Shown here: positions 27,138 through 35,085 of the stretch, in pieces
How the letters are laid out: each line of letters begins with the position of its first letter
How positions within the stretch are numbered: position 1 is the stretch's first letter
Assembly: GCA_903837175.1 (NCBI GenBank)
Contig: CAILTR010000055.1
Span: 819-64,818 of the forward strand
From: an uncultured bacterium
GTDB taxonomy: Bacteria > Patescibacteriota > Minisyncoccia > Moranbacterales > GWC2-37-73
Length of the DNA: 64,000 bases
Direction of reading: 5' to 3'
Notes under the pieces: generated by a model
Databases searched by the model: none
Told to the model about the DNA's origin: nothing
Seen by the model: the letters and a program-made list of their open reading frames with translations, nothing else
Position numbers and translations under genes: made by a program

Positions 27138-28076
27138 ATGAATGAAAATCCTTTTATGTCAGTAGTTGTGCCTTTGTATGATGAGGAAGGTAATGTAAAG
27201 GAACTACATCGTCGCATTTTAGAGGCTTGTCAGGAAATTGGAAAGCCTTTCGAAATTATTTTCGTTGATGATGGTTCTAAGGATAAAACCGTTGAAAACT
27301 GCAAAGGTCTTTCGCCGCTTACGCTGATTAAATTTCGCAAGAATTTTGGCCAAACCGCTTCTTTCGACGCCGGGATTAAACAAGCCAAAGGTGAAATTAT
27401 TGTGATGATGGATGGGGATTTACAAAATGATCCTGCCGATATTAAGCTATTACTGGCTAAAATCGAAGAAGGTTTTGACGTGGTGGCTGGTTGGCGTTGG
27501 AAGCGAAAAGATAGCCTAAGTAAAAAAATCTTTTCCCGTACAGCTAATCTTTTGCGCAAGATTTTAATTCAAGACAAAATTCACGATAGTGGTTGTTCGC
27601 TAAAAGCCTATAAGCGAAGTTGTTTTGAAGACATGGATCTTTTTGGCGAAATGCATCGTTTTATCCCAGCACTTTTGGAGTTACAAGGTTATAGCGTTGG
27701 GGAAGTTAAGGTTAGCCACCATCCTCGAACTTCTGGGGTGACAAAATATAATTGGAAGCGCGCGATGAAGGGTTTTGTGGATATGCTTTCAATTTGGTTT
27801 TGGCGAAAATATTCGAACCGACCACTCCACCTTTTCGGGGGAACTGGCATTATTTTCTCAATTATCGGTTTTGGAATTTTGGCTTGGATGGCAATTGAAA
27901 AGATCTTTTTTGGAGCTAAGCTTATGAATACTAACTGGCCACTGATTGGAATTTTCTTCGTTTTAGTCGGCATCCAGCTTTTTATCTTTGGCCTGCTAGC
28001 TGATATCTTGCTTAAGGTTTACTATAGAAATCAAAAGCGGATGAATTATAATATTAAAGAGGTGGTTAAGGTCTAG
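27138..28076 (+). CDS. GT2, ArnC-like
   Basis: VPLYDEE, DDGSKD, NFGQT, DGDLQND, DSGCSLKAY and EMHRFIP motifs. Confidence 0.92.
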   Translation: MNENPFMSVVVPLYDEEGNVKELHRRILEACQEIGKPFEIIFVDDGSKDKTVENCKGLSPLTLIKFRKNFGQTASFDAGIKQAKGEIIVMMDGDLQNDPADIKLLLAKIEEGFDVVAGWRWKRKDSLSKKIFSRTANLLRKILIQDKIHDSGCSLKAYKRSCFEDMDLFGEMHRFIPALLELQGYSVGEVKVSHHPRTSGVTKYNWKRAMKGFVDMLSIWFWRKYSNRPLHLFGGTGIIFSIIGFGILAWMAIEKIFFGAKLMNTNWPLIGIFFVLVGIQLFIFGLLADILLKVYYRNQKRMNYNIKEVVKV

Positions 28077-28255
28077 AACATAGAACATATAACATATAAC
28101 ATGTAACAGGGGATAATATAAAGTAAGTAAATATAAAAAATAATAAATTTATCGGAGGAGCTTGGTAAGATGCCTTGGTTGAAAATCAATCGCATTAACA
28201 ATGAATGTGGAAATTTTTTGTTCCATGTTATGTGTTCTATGCTCCATATAATAAT
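28077..28255. repeat. Inverted 7-nt array element (AACATAG/CTATGTT) enclosing a probable four-helix-bundle 3' remnant
   Basis: Left arm aacatagaacatataacatataacatgtaaca; right arm tgttccatgttatgtgttctatgctccat; the interior encodes IINLSEELGKMPWLKINRI. Confidence 0.75.
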
Positions 28256-29581
28256 ATGAAAATTGGCGTTATTGGCACTGGCTATGTGGGGTCTGTGACG
28301 GGGGCGTGTTTTGCAGAGATGGGCAATACGGTTATTTGCGTCGATAAAGATAAACATAAAATTGCCCAATTCGAATCCGGCAAAGCGCCACTGCACGAAA
28401 AAGGTTTAGACGAATTGGTCCTGCGAAATCTAAAAAATAAAACGCTGACCTTTACGACTGATTTTGAAGATGCAGTTAAAAAAAGTGATATTCTTTTTAT
28501 CGCAGTTGGAACGCCGCCTAATGAAGATGGAAGCGCTGATCTAAGTCACGTCTTAGGCGTAGCAACTTCAATCGGAAAGTCGTTGGATCATGAAATTATT
28601 GTCGTCGATAAATCAACGGTACCAGTTGGGACGGCGGAAAAAGTTCGTCAGCATATTGCTCAGGAACTTCAAAGTCGGGGAGTTGAAATTCCTTTTCACG
28701 TCGTTAGTAATCCAGAGTTTTTAGCTCAAGGCACAGCGGTAAAAGATTTCCTAGAGCCCAGTCGGATTGTAATCGGAGCCGATGAACCAAAAGTTATTGA
28801 GACGATGCGAGAACTTTATGAACCCTTTATGCGACGCGAGGGCAGGTTTTTTGCGATGGACCCCAAAACGGCTGAAATTGTCAAATATGCTTCAAATTGT
28901 TTTTTAGCTGCTAAAATTTCAGTCAATAATGAGCTAGCCAACATTTGCTCTAAAGCTGGCGCTGATTTTGATCATGTGCGTAAGGCGATGGGCGCTGATC
29001 CGCGGATTGGAGAACCTTTTATGTATGCAGGTCCAGGGTTTGGCGGCTCTTGTTTTCCGAAGGATGTCAAAGCTCTAGTAAGGACCGCTAAGGATTTTGG
29101 CTATGATGCTCAAATGCTCCGCCAAACTTTGGAAACTAATGAGCAGCAGAAATTTGTTTTATCGCAAATGGTGGTTGATAAATTGGGGCAGGATTTGAGT
29201 GGAAAAGTTTTTGGCGTGTGGGGCCTGGCTTTTAAGGCTGGCACGGATGATATGCGCGAATCTTCTGCGATTACAATCTTGAATGAATTGATTGCTAGAG
29301 GTGCAAAAATTCAAGCGCACGATCCAGAGTCAATGAAAATGGCAGCCACGCCGGAATATTTTGGAGCTAATCCAAGTATCACCTATTTTGAAAATAAATA
29401 TGAAGCTTTAAGGGATACTGATGCAATGCTAATTATTACGGAATGGAAAGAATTCCGCACGCCTGATTTTACGGAAATTAAGAAACTCCTAAAAACTCCG
29501 CTAATCTTCGATGGTCGTCTTTTATACGAACCAAAGAAAATGCAAGAATTCGATTTTGATTATAATTCGATCGGAAGATAA
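28256..29581 (+). CDS. ugd: UDP-glucose 6-dehydrogenase
   Basis: IGTGYVG, KSTVPVGT, SNPEFL, GFGGSCFPKD and GLAFKAGTDDMRES motifs; start reassigned to MKIGV. Confidence 0.93.
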   Translation: MKIGVIGTGYVGSVTGACFAEMGNTVICVDKDKHKIAQFESGKAPLHEKGLDELVLRNLKNKTLTFTTDFEDAVKKSDILFIAVGTPPNEDGSADLSHVLGVATSIGKSLDHEIIVVDKSTVPVGTAEKVRQHIAQELQSRGVEIPFHVVSNPEFLAQGTAVKDFLEPSRIVIGADEPKVIETMRELYEPFMRREGRFFAMDPKTAEIVKYASNCFLAAKISVNNELANICSKAGADFDHVRKAMGADPRIGEPFMYAGPGFGGSCFPKDVKALVRTAKDFGYDAQMLRQTLETNEQQKFVLSQMVVDKLGQDLSGKVFGVWGLAFKAGTDDMRESSAITILNELIARGAKIQAHDPESMKMAATPEYFGANPSITYFENKYEALRDTDAMLIITEWKEFRTPDFTEIKKLLKTPLIFDGRLLYEPKKMQEFDFDYNSIGR

Positions 29582-30127
29582 AATAGTTCATAAGGTTATA
29601 AAGTTCATAAAGTTCATAAGGCTTTGAACTCATAAGGTTTTTAGATTTATAAAGCTGTGAGGCTATAGAGTCTTCAGAATTGTAAATTTTGAACAGGAAA
29701 ATAAAAAAATGGCAAAATTTGAGAGCTTTGAAGATATGCTTGTTTGGCAAAAATCAAGAATTCTTGTTTTGGACAGCTATAAAGCATTTAATAATAGTAG
29801 AGACTTTTCTTTCAGGGATCAAATTTGTAGGGCTGCGGTTTCAGTCATGAACAATATAGCTGAAGGATATGAGAGAAAGGGAAATAAGGAATTTGTGAAA
29901 TTTTTGTATATAGCAAAGGGTTCTTGCGCCGAAGTTAGATCGATGCTTTATTTGGCGGTCGATTTGAAGTATATAGATAAGACTGAATTCGAAAAGACAT
30001 ATAATCAGACTCTTGAAATTTCAAAAATGTTATCGAGCTTAATAAAAAAGATTTGTTAGAGATACTCAGAATTTGTATTCAATAAGACTTTAAAAACTTT
30101 ACAAACTTTAAGAACTTTATAACTACT
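29582..30127. mobile_element. Inverted 9-nt-array element carrying an intact four-helix-bundle gene
   Basis: Left arm gttataaagttcataaagttcataagg; right arm actttaaaaactttacaaactttaagaactttataact. Spans the ugd stop to the next ATG. Mobility is inferred. Confidence 0.65.
29709..30059 (+). CDS. Four-helix-bundle protein (23S rRNA IVP/Avd-like)
   Basis: FEDMLVWQKS, FRDQICRAAVSVMNNIAEGYER, FLYIAKGSCAEVRSML and EISKMLSSLIK motifs. Confidence 0.93.
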   Translation: MAKFESFEDMLVWQKSRILVLDSYKAFNNSRDFSFRDQICRAAVSVMNNIAEGYERKGNKEFVKFLYIAKGSCAEVRSMLYLAVDLKYIDKTEFEKTYNQTLEISKMLSSLIKKIC

Positions 30128-31300
30128 ATGAGAATACTTTTTTTTAATTATGAGTTTCCGCCGTTGGGTGGGGGAGCTGGCAATGCCTCCTCTTATTTAC
30201 TGAGAGAATACGCTAAGATGCCTGGGGTGGAAGTTGATTTTGTGACGGCGTCCTTTGATGAAAAATTCCACTGTGAAAATTTTGGAGGAAGTGTTGTTGT
30301 GCATCGTCTGCCGATTGGCAAGAACCAGGAGAATATTCATTTCCAAACGAAAAAGGAAATGCTGAAGTATAGTTGGGAATCCTATAAATATGGTCGAAAA
30401 TTAGCAAAAGAAAGAAAATACGACTTGACCCACTCTTTTTTCTCAGTGCCTTGTGGGTTTATCTCCTTATTGCTTCGTTGGGAATTTAAGCTTCCGTACA
30501 TTATTTCTTTGCGGGGTAGCGACGTTCCAGGTTATAGTGAGCGCTTTGGTTTGCTGTATAAATTCATTACCCCAATTATTAAATTGATTTGGCGACAAGC
30601 TTATTTTGTAATTGCTAATAGTGATGGACTTAAACAGCTAGCCCTACAGTCAGCGCCTCAAAAAGAAATTGGAGTGATTCTTAACGGAATAGATATTGAA
30701 GAATTTTTTCCTGACCATAGCAAAGTTAATCCAGATCAATTTCAGATCGTCTGCATTTCTCGGGTTACGCCACGTAAAGGCATTCGTTTTTTAGTGCAAG
30801 CGTTTAAAATTCTAGCGAGTCGCTATGCTCAAGTTAGAATGCTTATTGCTGGCGAAGGAAACGAATTAAAATCGCTTCAGCAACTAGTCCAAGGACTGGG
30901 GCTAGAGGATAAAGTTGTTTTCCTGGGCGCTGTTCCGCACGCTAAAGTACGGGAGTATTACCAAAAGGCTAACGTTTTTGTATTGCCTTCTTTAAACGAA
31001 GGGATGAGTAATACAATGCTGGAAGCGCTGGCTTGTGGACTGCCAATTGTCGCAACTGATACGGGCGGGACTAAGGAAATGGTAAGGGATGGTCAAAATG
31101 GCTTAATCGTAAAAATGAAAGATTCGAATGATTTGGTCGAAAAAATTGAAAAAATTATGCTTGATCGCGAGCTGGAAAAAGGGATGGGCGTCGCTAGCCG
31201 GCTAATGGCGGAGGAACTTAGTTGGGGGAAGGTTGCCGGTCAATATTTGGATTTATATGAAAAGACGATCAATTTAAGGAAAATTCGTGAAGGAAAATAG
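30128..31300 (+). CDS. Glycosyltransferase family 4
   Basis: YEFPPLGGG; PSLNEGMSNTMLEALACG. Confidence 0.92.
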   Translation: MRILFFNYEFPPLGGGAGNASSYLLREYAKMPGVEVDFVTASFDEKFHCENFGGSVVVHRLPIGKNQENIHFQTKKEMLKYSWESYKYGRKLAKERKYDLTHSFFSVPCGFISLLLRWEFKLPYIISLRGSDVPGYSERFGLLYKFITPIIKLIWRQAYFVIANSDGLKQLALQSAPQKEIGVILNGIDIEEFFPDHSKVNPDQFQIVCISRVTPRKGIRFLVQAFKILASRYAQVRMLIAGEGNELKSLQQLVQGLGLEDKVVFLGAVPHAKVREYYQKANVFVLPSLNEGMSNTMLEALACGLPIVATDTGGTKEMVRDGQNGLIVKMKDSNDLVEKIEKIMLDRELEKGMGVASRLMAEELSWGKVAGQYLDLYEKTINLRKIREGK

Positions 31301-31307
31301 GCTAAAA

Positions 31308-31340
31308 GAATTCCTAATTCCTAATGTCTAATACCAAATT
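31308..31340. repeat. Short 7-nt repeat arm (AATTCCT) after a stop codon
   Basis: aattcctaattcctaatgtctaataccaaatt. Confidence 0.55.
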
Positions 31341-31356
31341 GATTTAACACAAGCTA

Positions 31357-31429
31357 TGTCATTCCCGTGAAAACAGCCTGCCTACCTGCCCGAAGTGCTA
31401 CATTGTTGCAGGCGGGCGCGGGAATGGCA
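31357..31429. repeat. TGTCATTCCCG...CGGGAATGGCA palindromic element with nested CCTGCC hairpin
   Basis: Terminal IR 10/11; internal cctgccc...gcaggcggg. Confidence 0.65.
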
Positions 31430-31476
31430 AGGTGTGCAATGTGCGGAGGGGGATGCAAAATGCGGAATACAAAAAT

Positions 31477-32421
31477 ATGATGATTTTTTCTAAAAATAAA
31501 ATTTTTAAGTTTTTACTGAAATTGACGGTGAGTCTTTTTTTTATTGTTTGGTTGGTGCTGAAAATAAAGTGGGGAGAGGTTTTAAATCATGCTTTGCAAA
31601 TTTCTTGGTGGCAAATAGTTTTATATGTAGCGGTGCTACTTTTAGGGATGGTAATCTCAGCCTATAAATGGGAAATGCTTGCCCGAGCCAAGGGCTTTAA
31701 TTTTCCGCTGAAAAAATATTTTCAACTATATTTAACCGGCACATTTTTAAATAACTTTTTCCCTTCTTTTATCGGGGGCGATACTTATCGGGCTTATCAA
31801 ATTGGCAAACCAGAACGAAAATATATCGCAGCAACCTCGACAGTCGTGATGGACCGCGTAACGGGCTTATTGGGTGCGATGATTTTATCGGTTTTTTTCG
31901 CGGTCTTAAATTGGCGCGTCGTAATAGAACATCGTCCACTGCTCCTTATCGCGGGGATTGCCTTGGCAGTTTTACTAGGCGTGCTAGCCACGAGCTTGGT
32001 GGTTAATCTGCCCTTCTGGAAATTGCTAGCTAAATTTACGCCGAAAAAGATTTTAGAAGTGATTAAAGATTTTGGACAATATCAGGGAAGTGTTGCCTTA
32101 AAAAAAGCTTTATGGCTCTCGGTCGGCTATGGGCTAGTTGGGCTGGCCTTAGTTAACTATGTGCTTTTTTCAGCGCTGGGTATTCAGCTAGGTTTGCTAA
32201 ATTATTTAACGGTTATCTTTTTAGTTAGTATTGTTTCTTCTATTCCAGTTAGCGTCAATAATATCGGAATTAAGGAATGGGCGTACGTAACCTTCTTTGG
32301 CTTTTTCGGAGTCAGCGCTTCGGCCGTCGTGACTATCGCAATTATCAGCCGAGTCCTCCAGATGTTAGTCAGTTTTGTAGCTTTGCCGATGTATTTAAAA
32401 AGCAAGGCAGAAAAAAATTAG
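31477..32421 (+). CDS. Lysylphosphatidylglycerol-synthase-TM family membrane protein (flippase-like)
   Basis: NNFFPSFIGGD, DRVTG and IPVSVNNIGIKE motifs; start reassigned. Confidence 0.85.
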   Translation: MMIFSKNKIFKFLLKLTVSLFFIVWLVLKIKWGEVLNHALQISWWQIVLYVAVLLLGMVISAYKWEMLARAKGFNFPLKKYFQLYLTGTFLNNFFPSFIGGDTYRAYQIGKPERKYIAATSTVVMDRVTGLLGAMILSVFFAVLNWRVVIEHRPLLLIAGIALAVLLGVLATSLVVNLPFWKLLAKFTPKKILEVIKDFGQYQGSVALKKALWLSVGYGLVGLALVNYVLFSALGIQLGLLNYLTVIFLVSIVSSIPVSVNNIGIKEWAYVTFFGFFGVSASAVVTIAIISRVLQMLVSFVALPMYLKSKAEKN

Positions 32422-32554
32422 ATTTGATTTATTTAAATTAGAATAAAAAATAAAGGTTGTTAGTTAATAATTTTATCTTGCATGAAAGGAAAAGAGGACA
32501 TTTATTAACGAGATGTTCTTTTTGCTTTTTGTGCTAAGTTATGAGAATAGGTGT

Positions 32555-32586
32555 TATTCCGTTTTGGCATATTACAAGTTGGAATA
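32555..32586 (+). promoter_or_regulatory. Tandem palindromic operators (putative C-boxes)
   Basis: TATTCC-N5-GGCATA and TATTAC-N5-GGAATA immediately upstream of the HTH gene. Confidence 0.6.
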
Positions 32587-32600
32587 TATTATGAAAATAT

Positions 32601-32822
32601 ATGAGAAATGAAATTTATTCAAATGGTCATAGGTTTTTAACGCAACAGTTAAAGAAGGCACGAGAAAATTCTGGCTTTAGTCAGAAAGATGTTGCTGAGC
32701 TTTTAACTAAAACTCAATCTTATGTTTCCAAGATTGAGGCGGGGCAACGTCGTATCGATGTAATTCAATTACAAGAATTTGCAAAAATTTATAGAAAGAA
32801 GATTAATTTTTTTATTAAGTAA
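32601..32822 (+). CDS. XRE-family HTH protein, probable R-M controller (C protein)
   Basis: LKKARENSGFSQKDVA...QSYVSKIEAGQRRID; directly upstream of the nuclease. Confidence 0.85.
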   Translation: MRNEIYSNGHRFLTQQLKKARENSGFSQKDVAELLTKTQSYVSKIEAGQRRIDVIQLQEFAKIYRKKINFFIK

Positions 32823-32826
32823 ATTT

Positions 32827-33273
32827 ATGTGGGCAAAAAATCTAACTAAGATTAATGATGGAATTTTTAGGACTATTAATGGTAATTCCGATGAAATGAT
32901 AGGCGTCGGAAGGTGCATGAAGGCAGGTTTTCCATGTTCTCGGGCAGATGTAACTAACGGGAGATATGATGCCATTATTGATGTGGGTAATAACAAGTTA
33001 CTAAGAGTTCAAATAAAAGGAACATCTGGTGGAAGCGTTAGTTTTACGGGTGGAGGAAGAAGTGGAAAGCAAATCAGTAGAACAGTTAAACAACGGACAT
33101 ATCGATATTCTCCGGATGATTGTGATTTAATTCTGGTCGTAGATGGAAGAAGTGGGGAATGTTATATTATTCCAATTGAAGATATTCAACAAATGAGTAA
33201 TTCAAAGTCACTCGATAAACTGAGTAAATATAAAGAAAATTGGGATATTCTGAAAACGATGGCAGGAATCTAA
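32827..33273 (+). CDS. PD-(D/E)XK endonuclease, probable type II restriction enzyme
   Basis: E...RYDAIID...RVQIKG; convergent with the MTase; start reassigned to MWAKN. Confidence 0.75.
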   Translation: MWAKNLTKINDGIFRTINGNSDEMIGVGRCMKAGFPCSRADVTNGRYDAIIDVGNNKLLRVQIKGTSGGSVSFTGGGRSGKQISRTVKQRTYRYSPDDCDLILVVDGRSGECYIIPIEDIQQMSNSKSLDKLSKYKENWDILKTMAGI

Positions 33274-34835
33274 TTTAGAGCTTTTTTTATTTCTCTTGCA
33301 ACTGCCTCTAGAACAGTTACGGTTACGGAGTTTCCAGCTTGCTTGTAAAGCGCGGAGTCAGCTAAATTTGGAAGCTCAAAATCTCTCGGGAAACCTTGTA
33401 GCCTGAAACATTCAATCGGCGTTAGTTTTCTGATCCCATGCCTATCTTTTATAATTGGAACATTATGTCCTCCCATCCCCATGTTGGCAGTGAGCGTTGG
33501 GCAGACACCTTTTTTATTTTCTCTAACATATTGTCTTCGCCATTGGTAAACCTTACCTTCTTGCGTAACAAAATCTTTAAGTTTTTCGAAAAGAGGCTTA
33601 CCATTATAATAATATTTTTCAGGCACTTTTTGCTCAAGTAGATCAGTAACTTTTATTGATAATTTTTGTGGTTCGGGAAACTTAAATTTGTCTGTGTAAT
33701 TTTTATTTTTAAATCCTATGATATATATCCTTTCGCGATTTTGAGGAATATTTCCATACTCCATACTATTTAAAACCTTAGTTTTTACATGATAACCCAA
33801 GTCTTCCAGGGTTTTGATAATTATTTTAAAAGTTTTTCCTCCGTCATGTCCTTTTAGGTTTTTTACATTTTCCAGTAGAAACCCTGCCGGATTGCGAGCT
33901 TCTAGAATTCTAGCAACATCGAAAAATAAATTACCGCGGTCTTTTTCATCATTAAACCCCTTGCGGTATCCAGCTATAGAGAAAGCTTGGCAGGGAAATC
34001 CTCCCAAGAGAAAGTCGAATTCCGGAAGATCTTCAATGCCAATTTTGCGGATATCCTCTACGACAAGTTTTGATTTTTTGAAATTTAAATCGTAAGTAGT
34101 CTTACAATTTTTTTCAAAGTCATTCGCAAAGACAGTTTCAAAGCCAGCTTTTTCAAAACCAAGTCTAATACCCCCGACGCCAGCAAATAAGTCCAGGGTT
34201 CGGAAAAGTTTTTGATCTGTTTTGCTGCTGTTTTCAAGATTTCTTTTTATCTCAACAACTACGCCTCTAATTTCAACCTCCTTTCTATAAATGGGAAGCA
34301 TTGTTTGGTTAGCTGGTTGCAATCTAAATCGATTTTTTTCTCGATAAATCTTTTTTAGAGTAGCTTCATTATCATCAATTATCGCAACGACAGTTTGTCC
34401 ATTTTCGGCGACGGATTGTTTTTTAATAACGACAATGTCACCATCAAAGATTCCTTCATCAATCATGCTATTTCCCTGAACTTGTAGTGCATAATAATTG
34501 CCAGCTTTATTTACGGCGCTTGTCGCAATCATCACAGTTTCTCCTCTAGTTTCGATAGCTTCAATGGGTTGCCCAGCGGCGATGGTTCCGATTAACGGTA
34601 TCTTAATGAGATTGTAGGGGTTCCTTTTTTTAAGTTCGATACCTCTAGCAGAACTGCCATTTTTTTCTATAAATCCTTTTTTTTCTAAAGTTTCAATATG
34701 TTGATGCACGGTTGAAATAGCAGAAAGTTTGAAATGTTTTCTGATTTCTTCAATAGTTGGAGAAAAAGTTTTTTTATTAATAAACAAGGTTATAAAATCT
34801 AGGATTTGTTTTTGTTTTTTTGTTAGGGTTGGCAT
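33270..34835 (-). CDS. lexA: LexA repressor fused to DNA (cytosine-5)-methyltransferase
   Basis: N-terminal LTKKQ..PTIEEI wHTH, IAAG cleavage site, GNSM Ser and ATLK Lys; then DLFAGVGG, GFPCQ, ENVKNL, QNRERIY and YKQAGNSV; one uninterrupted ORF. Confidence 0.93.
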   Translation of the reverse strand: MPTLTKKQKQILDFITLFINKKTFSPTIEEIRKHFKLSAISTVHQHIETLEKKGFIEKNGSSARGIELKKRNPYNLIKIPLIGTIAAGQPIEAIETRGETVMIATSAVNKAGNYYALQVQGNSMIDEGIFDGDIVVIKKQSVAENGQTVVAIIDDNEATLKKIYREKNRFRLQPANQTMLPIYRKEVEIRGVVVEIKRNLENSSKTDQKLFRTLDLFAGVGGIRLGFEKAGFETVFANDFEKNCKTTYDLNFKKSKLVVEDIRKIGIEDLPEFDFLLGGFPCQAFSIAGYRKGFNDEKDRGNLFFDVARILEARNPAGFLLENVKNLKGHDGGKTFKIIIKTLEDLGYHVKTKVLNSMEYGNIPQNRERIYIIGFKNKNYTDKFKFPEPQKLSIKVTDLLEQKVPEKYYYNGKPLFEKLKDFVTQEGKVYQWRRQYVRENKKGVCPTLTANMGMGGHNVPIIKDRHGIRKLTPIECFRLQGFPRDFELPNLADSALYKQAGNSVTVTVLEAVAREIKKALN

Positions 34836-34869
34836 AAGCTTTATTTGATATAAGTTTGTTAATATTTAT

Positions 34870-34899
34870 ATTATATACCGAAAATTTACCGAAGTGCAA
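34870..34899 (-). promoter_or_regulatory. Sigma70 promoter with direct-repeat operator in the spacer
   Basis: Minus strand reads TTGCAC-TTCGGTAaattTTCGGTA-TATAAT. Confidence 0.7.
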
Positions 34900-35085
34900 A
34901 CAACTATTTTTAAAACTTAAAATAGCCTATAAGAAAGCCAAAAAATGCTTTAATTGAAAAATTACTTTTTCTGAAATTTTAATTAGCGAGCAGAATAATT
35001 GAGTTCTGCGTTGCCTTGCCTTTTCTACTTGAATAACCTATAATTAACCTTATAAGAAAGGGAAAAATATAAGAATTTTAGGACT

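Noticed and set aside
29709-30059. 23S rRNA gene with an intervening sequence
   Set aside because: The flanks are protein-coding genes; no rRNA sequence is present.
13021-30127. Integron cassettes or IS elements
   Set aside because: No consistent attC RYYYAAC/GTTRRRY cores, no integrase or transposase, and no clear target-site duplications were seen.
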